From Alphaproteobacteria bacterium (GTDB lineage: Bacteria > Pseudomonadota > Alphaproteobacteria > Bin95): DNA of 64,000 nucleotides. Made by a program: the position numbers and the translations under genes. The stretch spans positions 1,536,001 through 1,600,000 of the forward strand of contig CBDBGH010000003.1 of assembly GCA_965205265.1 (NCBI GenBank), read 5' to 3'. The stretch's first letter is position 1, and each line of letters opens with the position of its first letter. The notes beneath the pieces were generated by a model. The model saw only the letters and a program-made list of their open reading frames with translations. It did no database searches and was not told the origin of the DNA. Below are positions 30,726 to 40,956 of the stretch, one piece after another.

Positions 30726-31498
30726 CGGCCATCGCCGAGCGCGCCTTCCGCGGCGAGCTTGTTGTGTTCCGGCAGCTCGGCGCGCTCGACGCATTGCTCG
30801 ACCACGCGCGCGGGATCGCTTGCGCCGCCTTCGACGACCCGGTTGGGGACGAAGGCCGGCTCGACAGCGGGTTATGGTGTGAGAAAGCCGTGGCGGCGCG
30901 GCGCAGCTTCATGCGCTCCGAGGCGGTGCCGGGCCTGCTTTGCGCGCTCTTTACCGAGCTCGGTTTCAACCCGGAGACGACTTATCGGGACCGGGCGATC
31001 CTGCGCTTCCAGCCCGGTCGCGCGGCCTGCCGGACGCGCCGTTTGCGCGATCTGCCCCCTCACAGGGATACCTGGGGCTCGAACCTGATGAACCAGTTGA
31101 ACTGGTGGGCGCCGCTGTTTCCCCTGGAGCCAGACGCAACGATGGAGATCTGGCCCGGCTATTTCGACCGGCCGGTTCCCAACAGCAGCGCCGAATGGGA
31201 CATCGAGGCCCTGCGCGCCGCAGGGGGCGGCTATCCCCTGCTGCCGGAGGCCGCAAGGCCGGAGGAGCCCGGCGAGCTTGTATTGATCGAGCCGGGAGAG
31301 CTGCTCTGCTTCTCCGGCGCCCATCTCCACGCCAGCAGGCCGAACCGGACCGGGCGCACCCGCATCAGCATCGATCTGCGCACCGTGGATGTCATGGATA
31401 GCCGGGGCGCGCCGAATGTGGACGGGCGGACGCGCCGCACCGGCTATGACTGGTTCCACCGCCTTTCGGACGGGGCCTGCCTCGCCTCGGCCAGATAG
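30722..31498 (+). CDS. Hypothetical protein, probable Fe(II)/2OG (PhyH-like) dioxygenase fold
   Basis: ATGA-coupled to tyrC; PHRDTW, NWWAPL, FSGAHLHAS, RISIDLR (HxD...H...R pattern). Confidence 0.6.
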   Translation: MTAIAERAFRGELVVFRQLGALDALLDHARGIACAAFDDPVGDEGRLDSGLWCEKAVAARRSFMRSEAVPGLLCALFTELGFNPETTYRDRAILRFQPGRAACRTRRLRDLPPHRDTWGSNLMNQLNWWAPLFPLEPDATMEIWPGYFDRPVPNSSAEWDIEALRAAGGGYPLLPEAARPEEPGELVLIEPGELLCFSGAHLHASRPNRTGRTRISIDLRTVDVMDSRGAPNVDGRTRRTGYDWFHRLSDGACLASAR

Positions 31499-32247
31499 GC
31501 GGCCGTCTCCGCAAAGCCCCCGAACGGGAAGAAATGCAGCCCCTCCACTGCCGGAGGCGCTTCTTCGAGGCCGGCAATGGGCACCGCCGGCGTCCAGCGC
31601 CCCGCCATCCTTAGCAGCCGGCCATCGCGCCACAGGCCCCGGAGCGAGCGCCCGACGCCGCACATCTTCGCGTATTTCAGCAGCGCGCCGGGGCTCGCCA
31701 CGCCCGGCAGCCCCACGCGAACCGGAGCCGTGTTGCCGAGGGCGGCAATCCGTTCCACCCAGCTCAACACGGCTTCGGCCTCGAACACGAACTGCGTGAC
31801 GACGGCAGCCTCGGCTCCGGCGGTGCGCGCCGCGGCGATCTTGGCTAGCAGCGCGGTGTCGCGGTCCTCCTCGGGATGGCCGGCGAAATAGAGACGTTCG
31901 AACCGCTCCGCCGCCGGTCCCGTCAGGTCTCCCGCCTCGGAGAACGGGCCGCGCGGCTCGCTGCGGTCTCCGCCGATCAACAGCGCTTCCCGCACGCCGA
32001 GCGATCGCAGGGCGTCCAGATGCCGTTCCAGAGCGGCCCGGCTTCCGAGGTGTTTCGCGCCGATATGCGGCACCGGCGCCATGCCCGCGCCCGCCAGCCG
32101 CGCCGCCGTCCTGACGATATCGTCGAGCGCGCCATCCGGCAGATGGGTGACGAAGACGCGCGTGCCCTGGGGCGCCAGCGCCGCGAAGGAGCCGACCTTC
32201 CGGGCGCCGCCCGGCGTCGTCTCGATTGAAAAGCCGTCGATCTTCAT
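31444..32247 (-). CDS. Methylenetetrahydrofolate reductase-like protein
   Basis: FSIETTP, PVPHIGAK, LLIGGD, AGHPE, VTQFVF, CGVGRS, HFFPFGG. Confidence 0.8.
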   Translation of the reverse strand: MKIDGFSIETTPGGARKVGSFAALAPQGTRVFVTHLPDGALDDIVRTAARLAGAGMAPVPHIGAKHLGSRAALERHLDALRSLGVREALLIGGDRSEPRGPFSEAGDLTGPAAERFERLYFAGHPEEDRDTALLAKIAAARTAGAEAAVVTQFVFEAEAVLSWVERIAALGNTAPVRVGLPGVASPGALLKYAKMCGVGRSLRGLWRDGRLLRMAGRWTPAVPIAGLEEAPPAVEGLHFFPFGGFAETAAYLAEARQAPSERRWNQS

Positions 32248-32291
32248 GCCCGCGAAGGTCCCGCGCCCCGGAGGCCGCTTGCGGTCCGCGC

Positions 32292-32347
32292 GCGACGAAG
32301 AGTTTCCCCTATGCGACAGCTTGTCGTGACAGGCATATTCGATGTCG
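32292..32347. promoter_or_regulatory. Candidate AraC/GlxA(GbdR)-type operator in divergent promoter
   Basis: GCGAC at 32292 and 32313 and TGTCG at 32322 and 32343: two oppositely oriented pairs, each spaced exactly 21 bp. Confidence 0.5.
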
Positions 32348-32416
32348 CGAATGGAACGCTTGCCGCCGGCCGCTTGCGGCAGGGTCCCGATGCCAATGAG
32401 GGAAGGAGCCCCACCC

Positions 32417-34849
32417 ATGCGCACTCACGCCCGGGCTGTGGTTGTCGGCGGCGGCTGCGTCGGCGTCTCGGTCGCTTACCACCTCGCAAAGCTGGGTTGG
32501 TCCGACACCGTGTTGCTGGAGAAGTCCGAATTGACGGCCGGCTCCACCTGGCACGCGGCGGGCCTGCTCCCGCTGTTCAACATGAGCTACAGCGTCGGCC
32601 AGATCCACAAATATTCGGTCGATCTCTACAAGACGCTCGAAGCCGAGACCGGGCAGGATGTGAGCTTCCACGTCACCGGCAATCTCAGGCTCGCGACCAA
32701 TCGCGACCGTATGGACGAGTACCGCAAATATTGCGGCACGGCGAACACTATCGGCGTGCCGTTCGAGATGATCGGGCTCGACGAGATCCGCGCGCTCTGG
32801 CCGCTGGCGAACACGCAGGGCCTCGTGGGCGCCCTCTTCCACCCGCATGACGGCCATGTGGCCCCTGTCGATCTGACCAATGCGCTTGCGGCCGGCGCCC
32901 GCGCCGGCGGCGCGGAGATACACCGCCACACGAAGGTCGTGGACATCCACCCGGAACCGGACGGCGCCTGGCGGGTCGTCACGGACAAGGGCGAGATCGT
33001 CGCCGAGCATGTGGTAACGGCGACGGGCGCCTGGTGCCGCCAGACGCTGGCGACGGTCGGGATCGACGTGCCCGTCATCCCGGTCGAACACCAGTATATC
33101 GTCACCGACTCCCACCCCGCGCTGACGGCCCGCCACGTCGAGGGGCTGCCGGAGATGCCGGTGCTGCGGGAGAGCGACGCCTCCTACTATCTCCGCGAGG
33201 AGCGCGACGGGCTGATCCTCGGCCCCTATGAGGCGGGCGCGCCGGCCTGCTTCGTGGACGGCGTGCCGGACGATTTCGGCCAGGAGCTGTTCCCCGGCGA
33301 TCTGGACCGGCTCGAACCCCATATCGAAGCCGCCATCGCCCGGGTGCCGATCTTCGGCGAAGCCGGCATCAAGGACGTGGTGAACGGCGCCATTCCCTAC
33401 ACCCCGGACGGCAACCCGCTGATCGGCCCGGCCTACGGCCTGAGGAACTTCTGGCTCGCCGAGGGATTCAGCTTCGGCGTGACGGCGGCGGGCGGCGCGG
33501 GGCGTTTCCTCGCGGAATGGATGGACGGCGAAGAGCCGCCCATAGACATGCTTGCGGTGGACCCCCGCCGCTTCGGCGCCTATGCGAACAAGAGCTACGC
33601 GGTCGAGAAGAACGAGGAAGCCTACCGCAACGTCTTCACCGTCCACTATCCGGACGAGGAGCGCCCCGCGGCCCGGCCGGCGAAGACGAGCCCCGTACAC
33701 AGCCGCCACGAGGCGGCCGGCGCGGTTTTCGGGCAGCGCTACGGATGGGAGCGGCCCAACTGGTTTGCGCCCTCAGGCGTTCCCCGGCGCGACGAATGGA
33801 GCTTCCGGCGCACCAACTGGTTCGGCCCCGTCGGCGAGGAATGCCGGACCGCGCGCGAACGGGCCGGGCTCATCGACATCACCAGCTTCTCCAAGTTTCG
33901 GGTCTCGGGCCCCGGCGCGGAATCTTTCCTCGACGGCCTGCTCGCGAACCGGATGCCGAAGAGGACAGGCGCGCTCCGCCTCGGCCATGCGCTGACCTCG
34001 ACCGGCGGCGTGCGGTCCGAGTTCTCGATCATGCGCGACGGGCCGGAGGAGTTCTATCTGGTATCCTCCGGCGCAGCCGAGCGTTTCGACCACGACTATC
34101 TCGCCAAGGCCCTGCCGGGCGATGGCTCGGTCGGTCTCGAAAACATCACCGAACGCCACGGCGTGCTGGTGCTGGTGGGGCCCTGTTCCCGCGACGTGTT
34201 GCAGAAGCTGACCGAGACGGACCTCTCCAACGAGGCGTTCCCCTGGCTTACCGGCCGGCATATCCGCGTTGGCATGGCGCCGGTGCGTGCGCTCAGGGTC
34301 AATTTCGTGGGCGAACTCGGGTGGGAGCTCCATCACCCGATCGAATACCAGACAGGACTCTATGACGCGCTCATGGCGGCCGGGGCGGAATACGGCATCG
34401 GCGGCGTCGGGATGCGGGCGATGGAGTCGCTGCGGGTCGAGAAGTCCTACCGCATGTGGGGCATGGACCTGACGACCGAATATTCCGCCTTCGAAGCCGG
34501 GCTGGACCGCTTCATCGCCTTGAACAAGCCGGACTTCATCGGCCGCGGCGCGCTCATCCGGCAGCGGGAGGAAGGCGTGCCGCAGGCGTTCGCGACCCTG
34601 GAGGTGGACGCGGAAGACGCCGACCCCTGGGGCAACGAGCCGCTGTATCTCGACGGCGAGATGGTCGGCCGGGCGACCTCCGGCGTTTACGGCCACACCG
34701 TCGGTCGAAGCCTGGCGCTCGCCTATCTGCGCCCCGAGGCGGCGGCGGTCGGCACCGGGCTTACCATCGACATCCTCGGCGCGCGGAGACCGGCCCGCGT
34801 CATTCCGGAGTCGCCGCACGATCCCGAAAACGAGCGGCTCAGGGCATAG
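32417..34849 (+). CDS. Dimethylglycine/sarcosine dehydrogenase-like FAD oxidoreductase with GcvT domain
   Basis: VVGGGCVG, GSTWHAAG, YTPDGNPLIG, GWERPNWF, FVGELGWELH, SLRVEKSY. Confidence 0.9.
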   Translation: MRTHARAVVVGGGCVGVSVAYHLAKLGWSDTVLLEKSELTAGSTWHAAGLLPLFNMSYSVGQIHKYSVDLYKTLEAETGQDVSFHVTGNLRLATNRDRMDEYRKYCGTANTIGVPFEMIGLDEIRALWPLANTQGLVGALFHPHDGHVAPVDLTNALAAGARAGGAEIHRHTKVVDIHPEPDGAWRVVTDKGEIVAEHVVTATGAWCRQTLATVGIDVPVIPVEHQYIVTDSHPALTARHVEGLPEMPVLRESDASYYLREERDGLILGPYEAGAPACFVDGVPDDFGQELFPGDLDRLEPHIEAAIARVPIFGEAGIKDVVNGAIPYTPDGNPLIGPAYGLRNFWLAEGFSFGVTAAGGAGRFLAEWMDGEEPPIDMLAVDPRRFGAYANKSYAVEKNEEAYRNVFTVHYPDEERPAARPAKTSPVHSRHEAAGAVFGQRYGWERPNWFAPSGVPRRDEWSFRRTNWFGPVGEECRTARERAGLIDITSFSKFRVSGPGAESFLDGLLANRMPKRTGALRLGHALTSTGGVRSEFSIMRDGPEEFYLVSSGAAERFDHDYLAKALPGDGSVGLENITERHGVLVLVGPCSRDVLQKLTETDLSNEAFPWLTGRHIRVGMAPVRALRVNFVGELGWELHHPIEYQTGLYDALMAAGAEYGIGGVGMRAMESLRVEKSYRMWGMDLTTEYSAFEAGLDRFIALNKPDFIGRGALIRQREEGVPQAFATLEVDAEDADPWGNEPLYLDGEMVGRATSGVYGHTVGRSLALAYLRPEAAAVGTGLTIDILGARRPARVIPESPHDPENERLRA

Positions 34850-35936
34850 GGACGCCGTCGCCGAGGGAGATGCCGAGCGAACGCGCGGTATGCACCAGCG
34901 GGCCGTCCAGATCGACGGCGGCGTAGGTCCTGATCGCGTCCTCCAGCGGCACGTCGATGACCGTCCGGTTGCGCCATGCCACCAGCCGGTCGTGGCGGCC
35001 TTCCGCCAGGACATCCACGGCGTGGACGCCGAAGGCGGATGCGATGAGCCGGTCCTGCGCAATCGGCTTGCCGCCGCGCTGGATGTGCCCCAGCACGGCG
35101 ACGCGGGTCTCCGCGCCGGTCAGCTCCTCGAGCCGCGCCGCCACCCAATGCCCGATGCCCCCGTAACGGGCGCTCCCGCCGGCAGCCTGGCGCACGGCCT
35201 CGCCCGCCTCTGTGCGCACGGCCTCCGCAACGACCACCAGCGCGAAATTGCGCCCATGCGCCTTCAGCGCCTGTATCTTCGCGGCGACATGCGCGAGGTC
35301 GGCCGGAATCTCCGGTATCAGGATGGCGTCGGCTCCGCCGGCAATGCCCGCCGAGAGCGCGATATGGCCGGCGTCCCGGCCCATCACTTCCAGCACCATC
35401 ACCCGGTCGTGGCTCGCCGCCGTCGGCTGGAGATGGTCGAGCGCCTCGGTGGCGGCTGCAACGGCGCTGGCATGGCCGACGGCCGACTCGGTCGAGCCCA
35501 CGTCGTTGTCGATGGTCTTCGGAATGCCGACCAGGCGGATGCCGCCCTGCTGCGCCAGCCGGCGCAATATCGCGAAGCTTCCGTCGCCGCCAATGCCGAT
35601 CAGCGCATCCAGCCTCAGTTGCCGGTAGCCCTCGACGATCTCCTCGGACCGGTCGATCCTGGAGCCGTCGGGCATGGGGTAGTCGAAGGCATCGCCCTTA
35701 TTGGTGGTGCCCAGCACGGTGCCGCCCATACGAAGCAGCTGCCCGGTAAAGCGTTTCGGATCCATCACCTCGTATTGCAGAGGCCTGGACAGCAGGCCGA
35801 GCGTGCCCTTCTGGATGCCGACGACCGTCCACCCGAGGTTCCCGTGCGCATGCAGGGTCACGGCCCGGACGGCGGCGTTCAGCCCGGCGCAGTCGCCGCC
35901 GCTGGTCAGGATTCCAATGCGCCTTATCTCGCTCAC
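34839..35936 (-). CDS. pfkA: 6-phosphofructokinase
   Basis: LTSGGDCAGLN, GGTVLGT, GGDGS, PKTIDND, EVMGRDAG, LGHIQRGG. Confidence 0.93.
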   Translation of the reverse strand: MSEIRRIGILTSGGDCAGLNAAVRAVTLHAHGNLGWTVVGIQKGTLGLLSRPLQYEVMDPKRFTGQLLRMGGTVLGTTNKGDAFDYPMPDGSRIDRSEEIVEGYRQLRLDALIGIGGDGSFAILRRLAQQGGIRLVGIPKTIDNDVGSTESAVGHASAVAAATEALDHLQPTAASHDRVMVLEVMGRDAGHIALSAGIAGGADAILIPEIPADLAHVAAKIQALKAHGRNFALVVVAEAVRTEAGEAVRQAAGGSARYGGIGHWVAARLEELTGAETRVAVLGHIQRGGKPIAQDRLIASAFGVHAVDVLAEGRHDRLVAWRNRTVIDVPLEDAIRTYAAVDLDGPLVHTARSLGISLGDGVPMP

Positions 35937-35983
35937 CGTTCCGGCCTCTGCTATAGTGGATAGAGAGACGGAGCATAGGTGGA

Positions 35984-36193
35984 ATGTCCAGTCTGACGGA
36001 AGACGACGCGAAGGCCGCGAGGCTCGCTGCGTTGCGTTCCGAACATGCCGATCTCGACTACGCCATCGCCGCGCTCACCGAGAAGGTTCCGTTCGACCAG
36101 TTGCAGGTGCAGCGGCTGAAGAAACGAAAGTTGTGGCTGCGGGACATGATTGCGAGACTGGAGGCGCAGGGCCATCCGGACCTGATCGCCTGA
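35984..36193 (+). CDS. DUF465/YdcH family protein
   Basis: LRSEHADLD, RLKKRKLWLRD, PDLIA; typical neighbour of purE. Confidence 0.85.
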   Translation: MSSLTEDDAKAARLAALRSEHADLDYAIAALTEKVPFDQLQVQRLKKRKLWLRDMIARLEAQGHPDLIA

Positions 36194-36253
36194 AGGGTAT
36201 TTCCTGCGCCGGCCCGCCGCCGGCGGATTTCCAGCAGCGAGGGGGACGGGATC

Positions 36254-36742
36254 ATGGACGAGGCCGCCGTTCACATCGGTATCGTCATAGGCAGCCAGTC
36301 GGATTGGGCCGTGATGAAGCGGGCCTCGGAAACCCTGGATGCGCTCGAAGTGGCGCATGAGTCGCGCATCGTCTCTGCGCACAGAACCCCCGACCGCCTC
36401 TACAGCTATGCCCGCTCGGCCCGCGACCGGGGCCTGATGGCGGTGATTGCCGGCGCGGGCGGTGCTGCGCACCTGCCCGGCATGGTGGCCTCCATGACGA
36501 TCCTGCCCGTTTTCGGCGTGCCGATGCCGAGCCGCGCGCTCTCCGGCCTCGACAGCCTGCTTTCCATCGTGCAGATGCCTGCCGGGGTGCCGGTCGGCAC
36601 GCTCGCCATAGGCGAAGCCGGCGCGGTCAATGCGGCGCTGCTCGCGGCCGGCGTCGTCGCGCTTGGCGACCCGGCGCTTGCCGAACGGCTTCGGGCCTGG
36701 CGCGACCGGCAGACCGCCGCGGTCGCCGAAACGCCTCGATGA
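36254..36742 (+). CDS. purE: N5-CAIR mutase
   Basis: [31 protein letters not shown]. Confidence 0.97.
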   Translation: MDEAAVHIGIVIGSQSDWAVMKRASETLDALEVAHESRIVSAHRTPDRLYSYARSARDRGLMAVIAGAGGAAHLPGMVASMTILPVFGVPMPSRALSGLDSLLSIVQMPAGVPVGTLAIGEAGAVNAALLAAGVVALGDPALAERLRAWRDRQTAAVAETPR

Positions 36743-37803
36743 CACGGATAGCGCCGGGCGGCTCCATCGGCATTTTCGGCGGCGGCCAGCTCGGCCGCAT
36801 GACAGCCCTTGCCGCGGCCCGCCTCGGCTATCGTTGCCATGTTTTCTGCCCCGAGGCGGACAGCCCCGCAGTCGAGGTCTCGGCGGCGGCAACGATTGCC
36901 GGATATGACGACGCGCAGGCGCTCGATGCCTTCTCCGCTTCCATAGACGTGGCCACCTTCGAGTTTGAAAACGTTCCCCATGAAGCGGTGGCCCGTGTCG
37001 CCGCGAAAGTGCCGGTGAGGCCCGGCTGGGAGGCGCTGCGGACCAGCCAGGATCGCGCCGTGGAAAAACGTTTCCTGGGCGGCATCGGGCTTGAAACGGC
37101 TTCCTGGGTCGAAGTCCGTTCGGCGGCCGACCTCAGCCGCGCGCCCTGCCCCGGCATCCTGAAGACCGCAAGGCTCGGCTATGACGGCAAGGGGCAGGTC
37201 CGGCTGGTTGAGGGCTTCGATGCCGATGCAGTTTGGGAAGCGTTCGGCGCCGGACGCGGCGTGGCCGAAGCGCTGGTCGATTTCTCGGCCGAGGTCTCGG
37301 CGATTGCAGCCCGGGGAGAGGACGGTCGCATTGCCGTGTTCGATGTCGCGCAGAACGACCACCGGGAGGGCATATTGCGGCGCTCGCTGGTGCCCGCGCC
37401 CGTCCCGTCGGCTGTTGCAGCCGAGGCGCAGGCGCAGGCGGCGCGGGCAGCGGAGGCGCTGGACCTTGTCGGGTTGCTTGCAGTCGAATTCTTTGTCACC
37501 CGGAGCGGCAGGCTGCTTGCAAACGAGATTGCGCCCCGGCCGCACAATTCCGGCCACTGGACCCAGGATGCCTGCGGGACCGACCAGTTCGAGCAATTCG
37601 TCCGCGCCGTCGCCGGCCTGCCGCTCGGCGACCCGGCGCGGCTGAGCGACGTCGAGATGGTCAACCTGCTCGGAGACGATATCCTTGCCTGGCAGGACGT
37701 GCTCGCCGAGCCGGGTGCCCGGCTGCACCTGTACGGGAAACGCGATATCCGCCCCGGCCGCAAGATGGGGCACGTGAACCGCCTCTTACCGAAATCGCGG
37801 TGA
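36739..37803 (+). CDS. purK: N5-CAIR synthase
   Basis: [41 protein letters not shown]. Confidence 0.97.
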   Translation: MTRIAPGGSIGIFGGGQLGRMTALAAARLGYRCHVFCPEADSPAVEVSAAATIAGYDDAQALDAFSASIDVATFEFENVPHEAVARVAAKVPVRPGWEALRTSQDRAVEKRFLGGIGLETASWVEVRSAADLSRAPCPGILKTARLGYDGKGQVRLVEGFDADAVWEAFGAGRGVAEALVDFSAEVSAIAARGEDGRIAVFDVAQNDHREGILRRSLVPAPVPSAVAAEAQAQAARAAEALDLVGLLAVEFFVTRSGRLLANEIAPRPHNSGHWTQDACGTDQFEQFVRAVAGLPLGDPARLSDVEMVNLLGDDILAWQDVLAEPGARLHLYGKRDIRPGRKMGHVNRLLPKSR

Positions 37804-38427
37804 AAAGGCCCGGAAGCGCGGCAGCCTTGCGCCGCATCGCTGCAGTCGCGCCCGCGCTTTGCCGATGCGCGCAACATCCTCGAGCCGGCGGTCGAGGAAC
37901 GCCCAGGTCGCCCCCAGATCCTCGGACCGGTCGTTCAACCAGATCTGGAGAACCGCTGCATAAATGCCCGCCAGGGTTGCGCGTTTCGTGTAGTAGCTGA
38001 AATCCGTGCTCCGGTCGTCGGCCAACAGCCAGACCGCGTCCACTGTGCGGTAGAGCGACCTCAACGCCAGCGGCGCGTTGTGCGGAAGGGCGAGCCGCGC
38101 CGCAGCCCGCCGGATGGCCTCGCGATGCGGCGCATTTCGCTCCAGCCGCGCGCGGAGCGCCGCCCGGACGGTCGCTGCCGCGCCCGCCGGCGGAGGATCG
38201 AGCGCCGATACCTCCTCGACCATATGCCGGTCGGCAAGCGCCATATGCACTTCGATGGCCTCCATCGGCCCCCGGGGGAACAGCACCGCGGCCTCGCCTT
38301 CGTCGAGATCGGCCGCCACGGCCCCGGCGCGAAGCGCAGCCATGGTCCAGCCGTCGAAAGCGATATGCGGCAGGGCCGCTTCCACCACGAGCTCGCGCAG
38401 GCGTTCCCTGCTCTCCTGTTCGACCAT
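37786..38427 (-). CDS. COQ9 family protein
   Basis: HIAFDGW, LFPRG, DRSTDFSYYTKRATL, FLDRRL; divergent from rpsU. Confidence 0.9.
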   Translation of the reverse strand: MVEQESRERLRELVVEAALPHIAFDGWTMAALRAGAVAADLDEGEAAVLFPRGPMEAIEVHMALADRHMVEEVSALDPPPAGAAATVRAALRARLERNAPHREAIRRAAARLALPHNAPLALRSLYRTVDAVWLLADDRSTDFSYYTKRATLAGIYAAVLQIWLNDRSEDLGATWAFLDRRLEDVARIGKARARLQRCGARLPRFRAFSPRFR

Positions 38428-38544
38428 GATGCCCCTGTCCCGGCGGCCGGCACATGGCGCATGCCGGACCGGCCTTCTGCAATGCCATTGCCCGTGCTAT
38501 AAAACCGCCCCTTCCAACCGAAGCCAAAGGAGCAGTGAGCACCC

Positions 38545-38748
38545 GTGCATGTTACCGTTCGTGACAACAATGTCGATCAGGCGCTAAGGGCGCTGAAGAA
38601 GAAAATGCAGCGCGAAGGCATTTTTCGGGAAATGAAACTCCGCCGCTCTTATGAAAAGCCTTCGGAAAAGCGCGCAAGGGAACAGGCGGAGGCCGTCCGC
38701 CGCCATCGCAAGATGATGCGCAAGCGTCTGGAGCGCGAGGGATACTAA
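38545..38748 (+). CDS. rpsU: 30S ribosomal protein S21
   Basis: [29 protein letters not shown]; AAGGAG RBS upstream. Confidence 0.97.
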   Translation: MHVTVRDNNVDQALRALKKKMQREGIFREMKLRRSYEKPSEKRAREQAEAVRRHRKMMRKRLEREGY

Positions 38749-38755
38749 TTCTGCC

Positions 38756-40381
38756 ATGAGCGCCTATGACCGGGGCCTCGACCGGCAGAACGCGAATTAC
38801 GAGCCGCTGACGCCGCTTTCGTTCCTGCAACGGACTGCCTGGGTTTTCCCGGAGCATCCGTCGGTCGTGCATGGAAAGCGCCGGTTCACCTGGAAAGAGA
38901 CGCGCGAACGCTGCCACAGGCTGGCGGGCGCGCTTGCCGGGCACGGCATCGGCAAGGGCGATACCGTGGCCGTTATGGCCGCGAACACGCCGGAGATGCT
39001 GGAATGCCATTTCGGCGTGCCGATGACGGGCGCCGTGCTGAACACGCTGAATATCCGCCTCGACGCGGCGTCCATCGCCTTCATGCTGGGACATGGCGAG
39101 GCGAAGGCCATTCTGGTTGACCGGGAATTCTCCGGGACAGTCCGGCAAGCGCTGGCCGGGATCGGGCGGGATATCCTGACCGTGGATATCGACGATCCGG
39201 AATATGACGGGCCGGGAGACCGGATCGGCAGCCTCGACTACGAAGCCTTTCTGGCCGAGGGCGACCCCGGTTTCACCTATGCGCCGCCGCCGGACGAATG
39301 GGACGCGATCTCGCTGAACTACACCTCCGGCACGACAGGCAATCCCAAGGGCGTGGTCTATCATCATCGCGGCGCCTGGCTGAACGCGACCGGCAACACG
39401 ATGGCGTGGCAGATGCAGCTCCATCCGGTCTATCTCTGGACGCTGCCGATGTTCCACTGCAACGGCTGGTGCTTCCCCTGGACGATCACCGCCCAGGCCG
39501 GCACGCATGTCTGCCTCCGGCGCGTGGAGGCGAAGGGAATTTTCGACGCGATTGCGGTCGAAGGCGTGACGCATTTCTGCGGCGCGCCCATCGTGCTCAA
39601 CATGCTGCTGCACGCCCCGGAGGACGAACGCCGGAGCTTCGCCCACCGCGTCCAGGTGATGACCGCGGCCGCCCCGCCGCCGCCCTCCACGCTCGAGGGC
39701 ATGGAAGCTATGGGCTTCGACATCACCCACACCTACGGCCTGACGGAATGCTACGGCCCCGCCGTAGTCTCGGCCTGGAACAGGGACTGGGATGCGCTGC
39801 CGGGCGCCGAACGCGCGGCGATGAAGGCGCGGCAGGGCGTCCGCTATCCGGTTCTCGAAGGCCTGACGGTGATGGACCCCGGGACGATGGCGGAAACGCC
39901 CCGCGACGGCGAGACCATCGGCGAGGTGATGATGCGCGGCAATGTCGTGATGAAGGGCTATCTGAAGAACGAGGACGCGAGCGCGGAGGCATTCGCCGGC
40001 GGCTGGTTCCACACCGGCGATCTCGGCGTCATGCACGAGGACGGTTATATCGCACTCAAGGACCGGTCGAAGGACATCATCATTTCCGGCGGGGAGAACA
40101 TCTCGTCCGTCGAGGTGGAACAGGTCCTCTACAGGCACCCGGCGGTGCTCGAAGCCGCGGTCGTGGCCAGGCCGGACGAAAAATGGGGCGAGACTCCCTG
40201 CGCCTTCGTCGAGACGCTTTCGGGCGCCGAGCCGACGGAAGCGGAGGTCATCGCCTTCTGCCGGGACAACATGGCCCGTTTCAAGGCCCCGCGCCATGTC
40301 GTGTTCGGCCCCCTGCCCAAGACCTCCACCGGAAAGGTGCAGAAGTTCGTCCTCCGCGAACGCGCGCGCGACCTGGACTGA
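38756..40381 (+). CDS. Acyl-CoA synthetase (AMP-forming)
   Basis: YTSGTTGNPKG, LPMFHCNGW, YGLTE, WFHTGD, DRSKDIIISGGEN, PKTSTGK. Confidence 0.92.
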   Translation: MSAYDRGLDRQNANYEPLTPLSFLQRTAWVFPEHPSVVHGKRRFTWKETRERCHRLAGALAGHGIGKGDTVAVMAANTPEMLECHFGVPMTGAVLNTLNIRLDAASIAFMLGHGEAKAILVDREFSGTVRQALAGIGRDILTVDIDDPEYDGPGDRIGSLDYEAFLAEGDPGFTYAPPPDEWDAISLNYTSGTTGNPKGVVYHHRGAWLNATGNTMAWQMQLHPVYLWTLPMFHCNGWCFPWTITAQAGTHVCLRRVEAKGIFDAIAVEGVTHFCGAPIVLNMLLHAPEDERRSFAHRVQVMTAAAPPPPSTLEGMEAMGFDITHTYGLTECYGPAVVSAWNRDWDALPGAERAAMKARQGVRYPVLEGLTVMDPGTMAETPRDGETIGEVMMRGNVVMKGYLKNEDASAEAFAGGWFHTGDLGVMHEDGYIALKDRSKDIIISGGENISSVEVEQVLYRHPAVLEAAVVARPDEKWGETPCAFVETLSGAEPTEAEVIAFCRDNMARFKAPRHVVFGPLPKTSTGKVQKFVLRERARDLD

Positions 40382-40480
40382 ACGGCGGCGCGCGACCGCT
40401 GTCCGCCCGGTTACAGGGACAAACCGGCAGTTGTTGATCACATTTTATTCTAAATTCCTGAAGTAATTCTCGAAAAGGAA

Positions 40481-40507
40481 TTGACCTGAGAGAATTTGTG
40501 CTACAAT
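40481..40507 (+). promoter_or_regulatory. Sigma70-like promoter (extended -10) at the 5' end of repeat element copy A
   Basis: TTGACC at 40481 and TG-n-TACAAT at 40499-40507 within an AT-rich patch. The -35/-10 spacer is only 15 bp. Confidence 0.45.
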
Positions 40508-40923
40508 AGGCAGCAGGAGGAAGGAAGCGGCATCCGCGGGTCCGCTTCGTTTCACCGTTCGCGCCGGCGCGAAAAAACCCCTGATTCAGCCAACGGGCGA
40601 AGTGCGTCCTGCCACCGGCTCGCACGCGCGGGCGGGCGCGGGCAATCAGGCGCGCAAACCGCGCCGCCGCGAAACGTGCGCCCCCGCGCGCACAGGCGCC
40701 CGCGCAGGATACGCGCGAATCAGGGTCCCGCCGCTCCGGGCAGCCGGGCGGCGGGGAGAACGGAACGAAGACCGACCGGGAGGAAGGCCCCATGCCGAAG
40801 ATGAGAAGTTACCGAAACAGGCGGGAATATCCGATGCTTATGCCCGAACAGGCCACAGCATATGTGCCGCTCGCATGCAAATCATGACATCTCATGACAC
40901 ATCGCTGGAGTGGGCCCTGGCTC
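40502..40923 (+). repeat. Unnamed ~420-bp interspersed element, copy A (uninterrupted)
   Basis: Collinear with the reverse complement of 53560-53169 plus 52547-52504. Identical blocks of 20, 31 and 25 nt at 40559-40578, 40636-40666 and 40710-40734. Confidence 0.9.
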
Positions 40924-40956
40924 CGGGTGGTCGATAGCGGGCCGTTTGCGGTGGAC

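Noticed and set aside
40558-40578. TTCGCGCCGGCGCGAA plus A-tract as an intrinsic terminator
   Set aside because: On neither strand is the hairpin followed by a U-tract, and the palindrome has no loop. It is treated as part of the repeat element.
40496-40937. ORFs inside element copy A (40496-40804, 40602-40937) and similar peptides in copy B (53113-53511, 53270-53551), e.g. shared [12 protein letters not shown] and IMTSHD
   Set aside because: Similarity switches between reading frames because of indels, starts and stops are not shared, and the composition is Arg/Ala/Gly-rich. This is best explained as translation of a non-coding repeat, though it is not formally excluded.
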